A DNA stretch of 64,000 nt from an uncultured Actinomycetes bacterium (GTDB lineage Bacteria > Actinomycetota > UBA4738 > HRBIN12): assembly GCA_963706005.1 (NCBI GenBank), contig CAVPLL010000010.1:162459-226458 (forward strand). The letters run 5' to 3'. Below the pieces are notes generated by a model. It was not told the origin of the DNA. It did no database searches and worked only from the letters and a program-made list of their open reading frames with translations. Shown here in pieces: positions 50,117 to 59,932 of this stretch. How positions within the stretch are numbered: position 1 is the first letter of the stretch; every line of letters starts with the position of its first letter. Position numbers and translations under genes: made by a program.

Positions 50117-50201
50117 CTACCCCGGTCGGGACCACGGGGAGCGAGCGGGACCCAGGGCGCCGAGACGGGCCACCGGACCAGGAGCTAGCAGACAGGAGGA
50201 G

Positions 50202-50525
50202 ATGGAGATGCGATACGAGTTCGAGCGGGGCGGCAGGACGGTCGCGAGCGTGCTGTGGGAGGGCCCGGGTCAGGTGACGATGGACGTCGCCGACGCCGCC
50301 GATCGCCCGCAGTTCGACCGGTTCTTCGGCGAGGAGGTCGCGTACCTGGACGCCGGGTTCGACTTCGGCGGCGGGATGGACGAGGCCGGGATGACCACGC
50401 GGCGGCGCGACTGGACCCCGTGGGAGTTCGAGCGCGCCACCCGCAACCTGGCCCACCGGCTGGGCTGCACGGTCCGCCGCGTCGAGACCGGACCGGTCGA
50501 GGAGCGCGAGGCCGTCGCCCCATGA
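50202..50525 (+). CDS. 107-aa acidic protein of unknown function, translationally coupled to ilvB
   Basis: AGGAGGAG RBS then ATGGAGATG. Stop overlaps the ilvB ATG (ATGA). In frame with track ORF 49293..50525. Confidence 0.5.
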   Translation: MEMRYEFERGGRTVASVLWEGPGQVTMDVADAADRPQFDRFFGEEVAYLDAGFDFGGGMDEAGMTTRRRDWTPWEFERATRNLAHRLGCTVRRVETGPVEEREAVAP

Positions 50526-52270
50526 AGGTCACCGGCGCGCAGGCGCTGTTCCGTTCGCTCGAGGGCGAGGACGTCGACATCGCGTTCGGCATCCCGGGCG
50601 GGGCGATCCTGCCCGCGTACGACCCTTTGATCGACTCCAAGGTCCGCCACGTCCTGTGCCGGCACGAGCAGGGGGCGGGCCACGCCGCCGAGGGCTACGC
50701 GTGGGCGACCGGGAAGGTCGGGGTCGCGATCGCCACCTCCGGCCCGGGCGGCTGCAACCTCGTGACGGCGCTCGCGGACGCAAAGATGGACTCCGTCCCG
50801 ATGGTCGCGATCACCGGGCAGGTCCCGACACCGGTCGTCGGGAACGACGCGTTCCAGGAGGCCGACATCACCGGCATCACGATGCCGATCACCAAGCACA
50901 ACTTCCTGGTCAAGGACGCCAACGAGCTCGCGATGACGATCCGCGAGGCGTTCCACATCGCCCGGACCGGTCGGCCCGGCCCCGTGCTGGTGGACATCCC
51001 CAAGGACGTCCAGCTGCAGGAGATCAGCTGGGACTGGCCGGAGTCGGTCGACCTCCCCGGCTACCGCCCGACGACCAAGGGCAACCTGAAGCAGGTCCGC
51101 AGCGCCGCGAAGATGATCATGGCGTCCGAGCGCCCCGTCCTGTACGTCGGCGGCGGCGTGATCAAGGCCGAGGCGCACAAGGAGCTACTGAAGCTCGCGA
51201 ACGACGGGCGGCTCCCCGTCACGACCACGCTGATGGCCCGGGGAGCGTTCCCCGACACGCACGAGCTCGCGCTCGGGATGCCGGGCATGCACGGCGGCTA
51301 CACGGCCGTCACCGCGATGCAGAAGGCGGACCTGTTGGTCGCGCTCGGGGCGCGGTTCGACGACCGGGTGACCGGACAGCTGTCCTCGTTCGCGAAGGGC
51401 GCGAAGATCGTCCACGTCGACGTCGACCCGGCCGAGATCGGGAAGAACCGCGTCGCCGATGTGCCGATCGTCGGCGACTGCAAGGACGTCATCGCCAAGC
51501 TCCACACCGAGCTCCGGCGCCTCCAGGACGAGTCCGGCGGGGTCCCGGACCGGACGGCCTGGCTCGCTCAGCTCGACGATTGGAAGCGGACGTACCCCTA
51601 CACGTACGACCAACCGGCGGACGGGCCCCTGAAGCCCCAGTTCTGCATCGAGCGTCTGTACGAGCACACGAAGGGCGACGCGATCGTCGTCGCCGGTGTC
51701 GGCCAGCACCAGATGTGGGCGTCGCAGTTCTGGCGATTCACCGAGCCGCGGACGTGGGTGAACTCCGGGGGGCTCGGCACGATGGGGTTCGCCGTGCCGG
51801 CGGCACTCGGCGCCAAGGCCGGCCGACCCGACCGCCGGGTGGTCGCCATCGACGGGGATGGGTGCTTCCAGATGACCAGCCAGGAGCTCGCGACCTCGAC
51901 GGCCGAGGGCATCCCCTTCGTCACGGCGATCATCAACAACGCGCACCTGGGGATGGTCCGCCAGTGGCAGGAGCTGTTCTACGAGGAGCGGTACTCGCAG
52001 GTCTACCTGTCCTACGACGTGCCGGACTACGTCAAGCTCGCCGAGGCGTACGGCTGCGTGGGTCTGCGAGCTGAGCACCCCGACGAGGTGGATGCCGTGA
52101 TCGACAAGGCGCTCTCGGTCACCGACCGGAGCGTCGTGATCGACTTCCGCGTGGACTCGAAGGAGATGTGCTTCCCGATGGTCCCCGCGGGCTCGAGCAA
52201 CGACGACATCATCGTCGGCCCCGAGGGCCTGCGGCCGACGAACGATCCCGCCGAGGCACCGGTCGCATGA
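50522..52270 (+). CDS. ilvB: acetolactate synthase large subunit
   Basis: 582 aa. ThDP enzyme motifs. [14 protein letters not shown]-terminus. [15 protein letters not shown] ThDP-binding region. Confidence 0.9.
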   Translation: MKVTGAQALFRSLEGEDVDIAFGIPGGAILPAYDPLIDSKVRHVLCRHEQGAGHAAEGYAWATGKVGVAIATSGPGGCNLVTALADAKMDSVPMVAITGQVPTPVVGNDAFQEADITGITMPITKHNFLVKDANELAMTIREAFHIARTGRPGPVLVDIPKDVQLQEISWDWPESVDLPGYRPTTKGNLKQVRSAAKMIMASERPVLYVGGGVIKAEAHKELLKLANDGRLPVTTTLMARGAFPDTHELALGMPGMHGGYTAVTAMQKADLLVALGARFDDRVTGQLSSFAKGAKIVHVDVDPAEIGKNRVADVPIVGDCKDVIAKLHTELRRLQDESGGVPDRTAWLAQLDDWKRTYPYTYDQPADGPLKPQFCIERLYEHTKGDAIVVAGVGQHQMWASQFWRFTEPRTWVNSGGLGTMGFAVPAALGAKAGRPDRRVVAIDGDGCFQMTSQELATSTAEGIPFVTAIINNAHLGMVRQWQELFYEERYSQVYLSYDVPDYVKLAEAYGCVGLRAEHPDEVDAVIDKALSVTDRSVVIDFRVDSKEMCFPMVPAGSSNDDIIVGPEGLRPTNDPAEAPVA

Positions 52271-52821
52271 GCCTGCATACGATCTCGGTGCTGGTCGAGG
52301 ACAAGCCGGGCGTCCTCACGCGCGTCGCCGGGCTGTTCGCGGCGCGGGGGTTCAACATCGACTCGCTGGCGGTCGGCCCAACCGACGACGCCGGTCTGTC
52401 GCGGATGACGATCGTGGTCCAGGTCGACACGAAGCCGCTCGAGCAGGTCACGAAGCAGCTCAACAAGCTGATCAACGTGATCAAGATCCTGGAGCACGAG
52501 GCGGGCGACGCGGTCGAGCGCGAGCTGATGCTGGTGAAGGTCAAGGGCGAGGGCGAGGCCCGCGCGCGGATCCTGGAGATCTGCGACGTGTTCCGGGTCC
52601 GGGTGCTCGATGTGACCCACCGGACGATCACGATCGAGGGCACCGGCACGCCCGACAAGCTCGAGGCCCTCCTCGAGCTGCTGCGCGACTTCGGCATCGT
52701 GGAGCTCTCGCGCACCGGGCGGATCGCGCTTGCCCGCGGCGATCGGGGGATCAAGGAGCGGACTGCGCGTCTGCGGTCGGTCGTCGGCAACGGACAGGAG
52801 TGGACCGGCGGCGGCGTCTGA
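52267..52821 (+). CDS. ilvN: acetolactate synthase small (regulatory) subunit
   Basis: [37 protein letters not shown] (ACT domain). ATGA overlap with ilvB. Confidence 0.85.
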   Translation: MSLHTISVLVEDKPGVLTRVAGLFAARGFNIDSLAVGPTDDAGLSRMTIVVQVDTKPLEQVTKQLNKLINVIKILEHEAGDAVERELMLVKVKGEGEARARILEICDVFRVRVLDVTHRTITIEGTGTPDKLEALLELLRDFGIVELSRTGRIALARGDRGIKERTARLRSVVGNGQEWTGGGV

Positions 52822-52860
52822 CGTCGCCGGAGGAAGGAACCGGAAAGGCGGGAACCATCG

Positions 52861-53886
52861 ATGGCGACGATCTACCACGACGCGGATGCCGATCCGTCGG
52901 TCCTTGCCGGTCAACGGATCGCGGTCCTGGGGTTCGGGAGCCAGGGCCACGCGCACGCGCAGAACCTGAAGGATTCGGGCCACGACGTCCGCGTGGGGCT
53001 GCGCGAGGGCTCGGGGTCGTGGTCCAAGGCGGAGGAGGCCGGGCTGCCCGTGAGGCCGACGGGGGAGGCCGTGGCGGAGGCGGACGTGGTCATGGTCGTG
53101 CTCCCCGATACGGCGCACGGCGCCGTCTACGCCTCGGCCATCGCGCCGAACCTGCAGGCGGGCAACATGCTGATGTTCGCGCACGGGTTCTCGGTGCACT
53201 TCGGGACCGTGCGGCCGCCCGCCGATGTCGACGTGACGATGATCGCGCCGAAGGGCCCGGGGCACCTGGTGCGGCGCACCTTCCAGGAGGGGATCGGGAC
53301 GCCGGCGCTGGTCGCGGTGCAACAGGACCCGACTGGCACGGCGTTGGCGCGCGCGCTCGCGTACGGGGCCGGGATCGGCGCCGCTCGTGCCGGGATCATC
53401 GAGACGACGTTCAAGGAGGAGACCGAGACCGATCTGTTCGGCGAGCAGTCGGTGCTGTGCGGAGGGATCTCGACGCTCGTCGAGGCCGGGTTCGATACCC
53501 TCGTGCAGGCCGGATACCAGCCGGAGATCGCGTACTTCGAGTGCCTGCACGAACTCAAGCTGATCGTCGACCTGATCTACGAGGGCGGCCTGTCGTGGAT
53601 GCGCTACTCGATCTCCGACACGGCCGAGTGGGGCGACTACCGGAGCGGTCCGAGGATCGTGGACGAAGGCGTGCGCGAGCGCATGCGTCAGGTCCTGTCC
53701 GAGATCCAGGACGGCGCGTTCGCGAAGGAGTGGCTGGGGGAGGCCGAGGCCGGCTTCCCCCACTTCCTCGCGCTCCGTCGCGAGGCCCGTGGCTCGCAGC
53801 TCGAGTCCGTGGGCCGCGAGCTGCGTCCGATGATGCCGTGGCTGCACTCCGACGAGAAGGTGGTCCCCGATGACGAACGACCCTGA
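52861..53886 (+). CDS. ilvC: ketol-acid reductoisomerase
   Basis: 341 aa. [21 protein letters not shown] Rossmann motif. Class I KARI. Confidence 0.9.
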   Translation: MATIYHDADADPSVLAGQRIAVLGFGSQGHAHAQNLKDSGHDVRVGLREGSGSWSKAEEAGLPVRPTGEAVAEADVVMVVLPDTAHGAVYASAIAPNLQAGNMLMFAHGFSVHFGTVRPPADVDVTMIAPKGPGHLVRRTFQEGIGTPALVAVQQDPTGTALARALAYGAGIGAARAGIIETTFKEETETDLFGEQSVLCGGISTLVEAGFDTLVQAGYQPEIAYFECLHELKLIVDLIYEGGLSWMRYSISDTAEWGDYRSGPRIVDEGVRERMRQVLSEIQDGAFAKEWLGEAEAGFPHFLALRREARGSQLESVGRELRPMMPWLHSDEKVVPDDERP

Positions 53887-55417
53887 CGTAGTTCGGATCT
53901 TCGACACCACGCTCCGCGACGGCGAACAGGCCCCGGGGATCGCGCTCACCCGGGCCGAGAAGGTCGAGATCGCGGAGCAGCTGGCCCGCCTCGGCGTCGA
54001 CGTGATCGAGGCGGGCTTCCCCGTCTCGAGCGAGGGGGAGTTCGAGGCCGTGAGCGAGATCGCCTCGAGCGTCCGCGGCCCGGTGATCGCGGCGCTCGCC
54101 CGCGTCGTGCCCGGCGACATCACCCGCGCGGCCGAGGCCCTCGCCGGTGCCGAACGGTGGCGGATCCACACGTTCATCTCGACGAGCGACATCCACATGA
54201 CGGACATGCTCCGGATGAGCCAGGCGCAGGTGCTCGACGCGATCCGCGAGGGCGTCAAGCTTGCCGTCGGTTACACCGAAGACGTCGAGTTCAGCGCGCA
54301 GGACGCGACGCGGACCGAGCTGGACTTCCTCCTCGAGTGCTTCCGGGTCGCGGTGGACGCCGGGGCGACGACGATCAACGTCCCCGACACGGTCGGCTAC
54401 GCGATGCCGCACGAGTTCGGCGAGTTGGTCCGGACGGTGCGCGAGGCCGTCCCGGAGCATGTGGTGATCTCGACGCACTGCCACAACGATCTCGGACTGG
54501 CCGTGGCCAACTCGCTCGCCGGCATCGTGAACGGCGCCCGGCAGGTCGAGGTGGCCGTGAACGGGATCGGTGAACGCGCGGGCAACTGTTCGCTCGAGGA
54601 GGTCGCCATGGTCGTGCGCACGCGCCGGGAGGCGCTCGGCGTGACGCACCGGCTGAACCTGAAGGAGATCACGCGCACCTCGCGCCTGGTCAGCATGACC
54701 ACCGGTTACGGCGTGCAGCCGAACAAGGCGGTCGTCGGGTCATCCGCGTTCGCGCACGAGAGCGGGATCCACCAGCACGGGGTGCTCGCCAATCGGGCGA
54801 CGTACGAGATCATGGACCCGCTCGAGATCGGCCTCGAGGGCAACCAGCTCGTCCTCGGCAAGCATTCCGGCCGTCACGCGTTCGCGGACGCGCTCGACAA
54901 GATCGGGATCGAGCTCGACGAGGAGCACCTCAACCGTGCGTTCGCGCGCTTCAAGGACCTCGCCGACCGGAAGATCCAGCTCACCGACCAGGACCTCGCG
55001 GCCATCGTCTCCGAGGAGCTCGGCGCGGCCGCCGAGGACGTGTTCGTGCTCGAGGCGCTCCAGGTGGGCGGGGGGACCGCGCTCTCCCCGACGGCGAGCG
55101 TCCGGCTCCGCAGGGGCGACGAGATGGTCGAGGAGTCAGCGATGGGCGACGGCATGATCGACGCCGCGATGGGTGCGATCCAGCGAGCCTCGGGGGTCGA
55201 GGGGCGCCTCGTCTCGTTCAACGTCTCGGCCGTCACCGGCGGGACCGATGCGCTCGGCGACGTCGTCGTGCAGCTCGATGCGCTCGGACGGCGTGTCACG
55301 GGTCGTGGCGTGGCGACCGACGTGGTCGAGGCGAGCGCCCGCGCCTACCTGGCCGCGGTCAACCGCGCGCTGCTGATGTCGAACCGCGACGACGACGCGG
55401 AGAAGCACACCCCGTGA
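53870..55417 (+). CDS. leuA: 2-isopropylmalate synthase
   Basis: [15 protein letters not shown]... [16 protein letters not shown] motifs. 515 aa with C-terminal LeuA dimer/regulatory domain. 17-nt overlap with ilvC. Confidence 0.85.
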   Translation: MTNDPDVVRIFDTTLRDGEQAPGIALTRAEKVEIAEQLARLGVDVIEAGFPVSSEGEFEAVSEIASSVRGPVIAALARVVPGDITRAAEALAGAERWRIHTFISTSDIHMTDMLRMSQAQVLDAIREGVKLAVGYTEDVEFSAQDATRTELDFLLECFRVAVDAGATTINVPDTVGYAMPHEFGELVRTVREAVPEHVVISTHCHNDLGLAVANSLAGIVNGARQVEVAVNGIGERAGNCSLEEVAMVVRTRREALGVTHRLNLKEITRTSRLVSMTTGYGVQPNKAVVGSSAFAHESGIHQHGVLANRATYEIMDPLEIGLEGNQLVLGKHSGRHAFADALDKIGIELDEEHLNRAFARFKDLADRKIQLTDQDLAAIVSEELGAAAEDVFVLEALQVGGGTALSPTASVRLRRGDEMVEESAMGDGMIDAAMGAIQRASGVEGRLVSFNVSAVTGGTDALGDVVVQLDALGRRVTGRGVATDVVEASARAYLAAVNRALLMSNRDDDAEKHTP

Positions 55418-56472
55418 CCGGCCGGACGCACTCGATCGGCGTGATCCGGGGCGACGGGACGGGTCCCGAGGTCGTCGGCGAGGCCCTCAAGGTGCTCGAG
55501 GCCGTCCGCGATGGATTCGACGTCTCGACGGTCGGGTTCGACCTCGGCGCCGACCGGTACCTGCGCACGGGCGAGGTGCTCCCCGACGACGAGCTCGAAC
55601 GACTGGGCACGATGGACGCCGTCCTGCTCGGGGCCGTCGGCGACCCGCGGGTACGGCCCGGCATCCTCGAGCGCGACCTGTTGCTGCGCATCCGGTTCGA
55701 GCTCGACCAGTACGTCAACCTCCGTCCGATCGTGCGGTACCCGGGGGTGGAGACCCTCGTACCCTCCCACTCGGAGGACGACGTCAACATGGTGGTCGTC
55801 CGCGAGAACTCCGAGGGCTTGTACAGCGGGTCGGGCGGCTTCCACCGCAAGGGCACGCCGCACGAGGTGGCCGTGCAGGAGTCGATCAACACGCGCCACG
55901 GGGTGGAGCGGATCGTCCGGTACGCGTTCGAGCTCGCGATGCGGCCTGACCGGCGGCGCAAGGTGACGCTCGTCCACAAGACCAACGTGCTCACGTTCGC
56001 GGGAGACCTGTATCAGCGCATCGTGGACGAGGTCGGGAGCGGGTACCCCGAGGTCGAGCGCGACTACGTCCACGTGGACGCCGCGTGCATCTACCTGTTG
56101 GATCAGCCGTCCCGCTTCGACGTGATCGTCACCGACAACATGTTCGGGGACATCATCACGGACCTCGGTGCGATGATCCAAGGTGGGATGGGCATCGCGG
56201 CGGGAGGCAACATCAATCCCTCCGGGATGAGCATGTTCGAACCGATCGGTGGCACGGCCCCCGACCACACCGGGCGGGGGACCATCAACCCGCTCGCGGC
56301 GATCGGCGCGCTGCAGATGCTGCTCGCGCAGCTCGGCGAGGAGGAGGCCGCGGCGCGTGTGACCGCGGGCATCCGCTTCGCGTGCTCGAAGCTGCATTCG
56401 ATGCGCGCGGGGCAGATGGGGTACTCGACGCCGGAGGTCGGTGACCTCGTGGCCGAGGGGGCGATCCCGTGA
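55414..56472 (+). CDS. leuB: 3-isopropylmalate dehydrogenase
   Basis: 352 aa. Isocitrate/IPMDH family (IGVIRGDGTGPEV, NMFGDIITD). ATGA overlap with leuA. Confidence 0.9.
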   Translation: MTGRTHSIGVIRGDGTGPEVVGEALKVLEAVRDGFDVSTVGFDLGADRYLRTGEVLPDDELERLGTMDAVLLGAVGDPRVRPGILERDLLLRIRFELDQYVNLRPIVRYPGVETLVPSHSEDDVNMVVVRENSEGLYSGSGGFHRKGTPHEVAVQESINTRHGVERIVRYAFELAMRPDRRRKVTLVHKTNVLTFAGDLYQRIVDEVGSGYPEVERDYVHVDAACIYLLDQPSRFDVIVTDNMFGDIITDLGAMIQGGMGIAAGGNINPSGMSMFEPIGGTAPDHTGRGTINPLAAIGALQMLLAQLGEEEAAARVTAGIRFACSKLHSMRAGQMGYSTPEVGDLVAEGAIP

Positions 56473-58070
56473 GCCCGTTGCAGGTGGAGCTGTACGACAC
56501 TACCCTGCGCGACGGCGCGCAGGGGACCGGCTTCTCGTACTCGATCGACGACCGGCTGCGGATCCTGCACAAGCTCGATCAGCTGGGCGTCTCGTTCATC
56601 GAGGGTGGCTGGCCCGGCGCGAACCCGCGCGAGACCGAGTTCTTCCGGCTCGCGACGGGGGAGACCCTCAAGCACGCGACGCTCACGGCGTTCGGGATGA
56701 CGCGCAAGGCGGGGGAGGCGCCGGACCGCAGCGGCGTCCTCCGTGACCTCCTCGACGCGGGGACCGAGGTCGTGTGCCTGGTGGGCAAGGCCTGGGACCT
56801 CCACGTCACCGAGGCCCTCCGCACCGACCTGGACGAGGGCGCGGCCATGGTCCGCGACTCGATCGCGTTCCTGCGGCAGCAGGGACGTCGCGTCTTCTTC
56901 GACGCCGAGCACTTCTTCGACGGCTACCGGAGCGACCGGGCGTTCGCGCTGCGGGTGCTCGCGTCGGCCGAGGAAGCCGGCGCCGAGCGCCTGGTCCTGT
57001 GCGACACCAACGGCGGGATGCTCCCGCAGGAGGTGGCTCGCATCGTCGCCGAGGTGCGTGAGGTTGTTCGGACGCCGCTCGGCATCCACGTGCACAACGA
57101 CGCCGGCTGCGCCGTCGCGAACTCGCTCATCGCGGTCGAGCACGGCGCCTTCCAGGTGCAGGGCGTCGTGAACGGCTACGGCGAGCGGACCGGCAACGCG
57201 GACCTGATCCCGATCGCCGCCAACCTGATGCTGAAGATGGGCGCCGAGTGCCTGCCCGACGGCTCGCTCGAGCGGCTCACCGAGGTCGCGCACTACGTCG
57301 CCGAGGTCGCGAACGTGGCGCCGGACTCGCGCCAGCCGTACGCGGGCCGGTTCGCGTTCACGCACAAGGCCGGGTTGCATGCGAGCGGCATCGAACGCGT
57401 CTCGCGCGCCTACGAGCACGTGGCGCCCGAGACCGTGGGCAACCACCGCGGGGTCGTGGCGAGCGATCTCGGGGGGGCGGCGACGATCCGGATGAAGGCG
57501 CGGGAATTCGACCTCGAGCTGGGGTCCGAGGCCGTCGGCCGGCTGCTCGCGGACCTCAAGGAGCGCGAGGCCCGCGGGTACACCTTCGAGGTGGCGGACG
57601 CGTCCCTGGAGCTGCTGATGCGACGCGCCGACGGGTGGCGGCAACCGTTCTTCGAGATCGACAGCTACCGCGTCCACGTCGAGGAGCGGGTGGGCGACGA
57701 TGAGCCACCGCTCGCCGAGGCGACCGTCAAGGTCGTGACCAAAGGGACCCGGCACATCGAGAGCGCCGAGGGCCACGGCCCGGTCGGAGCGCTGGACAAC
57801 GCGCTCCGCAAGGCCCTGGTGAACGACTACCCGGAACTCGGGAACATTTCGCTCGAGGACTTCCGGGTCCGCGTCCTCGAGCAGACCTCCGGGACCGGTG
57901 CGGTGGTGCGCGTGTTGATCGACACCTCGAACGGCCAGCGGGAATGGACCACCGTCGGCGTCTCCGAGAACATCATCGAGGCGTCTTGGGAGGCGCTCGT
58001 GGACGGGTACCTCTACGGGCTGCTCCATCCGCGAGACGGCGAGGCGCCCTCGGACCCCGCGGTACCCTGA
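56469..58070 (+). CDS. cimA: (R)-citramalate synthase
   Basis: 533 aa. LeuA/NifV fold with the IEGGWPGANP motif characteristic of CimA (TIGR00977-type). ATGA overlap with leuB. Confidence 0.7.
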   Translation: MSPLQVELYDTTLRDGAQGTGFSYSIDDRLRILHKLDQLGVSFIEGGWPGANPRETEFFRLATGETLKHATLTAFGMTRKAGEAPDRSGVLRDLLDAGTEVVCLVGKAWDLHVTEALRTDLDEGAAMVRDSIAFLRQQGRRVFFDAEHFFDGYRSDRAFALRVLASAEEAGAERLVLCDTNGGMLPQEVARIVAEVREVVRTPLGIHVHNDAGCAVANSLIAVEHGAFQVQGVVNGYGERTGNADLIPIAANLMLKMGAECLPDGSLERLTEVAHYVAEVANVAPDSRQPYAGRFAFTHKAGLHASGIERVSRAYEHVAPETVGNHRGVVASDLGGAATIRMKAREFDLELGSEAVGRLLADLKEREARGYTFEVADASLELLMRRADGWRQPFFEIDSYRVHVEERVGDDEPPLAEATVKVVTKGTRHIESAEGHGPVGALDNALRKALVNDYPELGNISLEDFRVRVLEQTSGTGAVVRVLIDTSNGQREWTTVGVSENIIEASWEALVDGYLYGLLHPRDGEAPSDPAVP

Positions 58071-58075
58071 GGTCC

Positions 58076-58591
58076 ATGCCGCCACGGATCCGCGAGGCCG
58101 CCCCGAAAGACGCGCGCGCGATCGCGGAGATCCACGTCCGGTCGTGGCAGGCCGCGTACCGAGGCCAGCTCACCGACGACTACCTCGATGGCCTCACGGT
58201 GGAGGACCGGCTCGAGCAGCATCGGCGGAGCCTCGAGGAGCCGCGCGCCGGGTGGGTTACGTGGGTCGCCGACGACGGGGGAGCGCTGACGGGGTTCGCG
58301 GTGACCGGTCCGAGCGAGGACGCCGACGCGGGCGAGCGGACGGGCGAGCTCTACGCGATCTACCTCGACCCCGAGCATGTCGGCACGGGTCTGGGACGGC
58401 GCCTGTTCGAGCACGCGCTCGAGGACCTGCGGTCACACGGGTTCGATATCGCGACGCTCTGGGTGCTCGAGACCAACGAGCGAGCCCGCCGCTTCTACGA
58501 GGTCGCCGGGTGGAAGCACGACGGGACCGTCACGAGCGAGCGCGTCGACTGCGAGATGCGACCGACGATCCGATACCGCGTGGACCTGTAG
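58076..58591 (+). CDS. GNAT family N-acetyltransferase
   Basis: Start MPPRIREAAPKDARAIAEIH. YLDPEHVGTGLGRRL acetyl-CoA motif. Confidence 0.7.
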   Translation: MPPRIREAAPKDARAIAEIHVRSWQAAYRGQLTDDYLDGLTVEDRLEQHRRSLEEPRAGWVTWVADDGGALTGFAVTGPSEDADAGERTGELYAIYLDPEHVGTGLGRRLFEHALEDLRSHGFDIATLWVLETNERARRFYEVAGWKHDGTVTSERVDCEMRPTIRYRVDL

Positions 58592-58600
58592 ACCGGCGCG

Positions 58601-59782
58601 CTACGCGTCCCCGTCGGCCCCGTGGTCGTTCCCGTGGCCGTGGGCCCCGCCCTCGTGTCCCGGTGGGTCGCCCTCGTGCCCATGGGTCTCGCCCGCGTGC
58701 CCGTTGGCCCAGGGCGGAGGACCACCGTCACCCTTGGTCTCCTTGTGGCTCTGCCCCCACTCGCGACCGTCGCCGGGGGCGAGCGCGATCACGGTCCTAT
58801 CGTCCCCGCCGCCGCTCCCGTCGCCTCCTCCGCCGCCGGTCGTGTCTCCGACGTCGCCTCCTCCGGAGATCATCGGATCGCCGGTCGAGCCGCCGATGAC
58901 GGGGCCGAGGATGACCTCCGACCCGCCGCCCGGAGTGGGTTCGATCTCGAGTACGGGGAACAGATGCCCGAAGACGTCCTGCAGGCTCGCGGTCACGCCC
59001 GGCGGAAGCGAGCTCGCGACGGCCGACAGGGCGGCCCGGATCTCGTCATCGAGGCCGACCGTGAGGGAGCCACCCGCCATCGCGGTTCCGCGCTGGTCCA
59101 TCAGCGCCTGCGCGTGGATGGAGGCCTGCAGGTAGCTGCCCGCCTCGAGCGCCGCGATCATCCGCTCGAGCGAGTCGTGCGCGTCGTCGAGCGCGTCGAT
59201 GCCCCGGGGCACGGTCACGACCTGCCCGGCGAGGTCGGTGGTGTCGACCCGCGGCAACGGCACGCCGCCACCGGTCGTGATCATCGCGATGAGCGCCCAG
59301 ATCGCGAGGAGCGGCACGCCGACGGTGGCGACGAAGCGCGTGACGCCACCCTTCGAGTCGGTCCTCGGCATCGGGGCCGACGCGACGGTCTCGACACCGG
59401 CGAGCGCCGTCGGCGGACCCTCCTGTGTGAAGAGGCGACCGAGCAGGACGGAGAGCTCGGCGAGGCCCACCCCCCGCCCGAGGTAGGCATCGGCCTCGGC
59501 CGGGTTCGGCGCGCGGACGCCCGCCGCCGTGACCACGACCACCTTCGCGTCGGGCGCCGCACGACGCACCCTCGGAAGGAGCTTCCCGATCCGCCGGCCC
59601 AGGAGCCGGTCGTCGATCACGATGGCGTCGGGCCGGCCGGCGGACACGGAGGGCAGGACGTCGTCGCACGTGAACGTCTCTGCGACCACGTCGTAGCCGT
59701 CGTCCTCGAGGAACGGACGTACCGACGAGCGGTTCACGCAGATGTCACCCGCGACGAGGACGCGGATCCTACCGACCGCCAT
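58601..59782 (-). CDS. response-regulator receiver domain fused to a TM helix, an extracytoplasmic region and a Gly/His-rich C-terminal tail
   Basis: Start MAVGRIRVLVAGD (GGGAGG RBS). Receiver fold with D at VAGD and DAIVID. TM segment FVATVGVPLLAIWALIAMI. Tail ...GHAGETHGHEGDPPGHEGGAHGHGNDHGADGDA. Confidence 0.55.
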   Translation of the reverse strand: MAVGRIRVLVAGDICVNRSSVRPFLEDDGYDVVAETFTCDDVLPSVSAGRPDAIVIDDRLLGRRIGKLLPRVRRAAPDAKVVVVTAAGVRAPNPAEADAYLGRGVGLAELSVLLGRLFTQEGPPTALAGVETVASAPMPRTDSKGGVTRFVATVGVPLLAIWALIAMITTGGGVPLPRVDTTDLAGQVVTVPRGIDALDDAHDSLERMIAALEAGSYLQASIHAQALMDQRGTAMAGGSLTVGLDDEIRAALSAVASSLPPGVTASLQDVFGHLFPVLEIEPTPGGGSEVILGPVIGGSTGDPMISGGGDVGDTTGGGGGDGSGGGDDRTVIALAPGDGREWGQSHKETKGDGGPPPWANGHAGETHGHEGDPPGHEGGAHGHGNDHGADGDA

Positions 59783-59932
59783 CGGGCGCCTCCCGGGAAT
59801 GGGTCCTCGGACACGAAAAGGTCTCTGATCCATGCTAGGGAAGGGTGTGTCCGAAGGCATCGACCGCGCGGGTGAACTTGCATCGGCCCGCCGGGGGACA
59901 GCGCCTTAGACCCCTTGGGGGGTTCGGGCACG

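Noticed and set aside
49293-50201. First 303 codons of the 410-aa track ORF 49293..50525
   Set aside because: Antisense to the kinase gene and spanning promoter, leader and terminator. Only the last 107 codons after the RBS look genuine.
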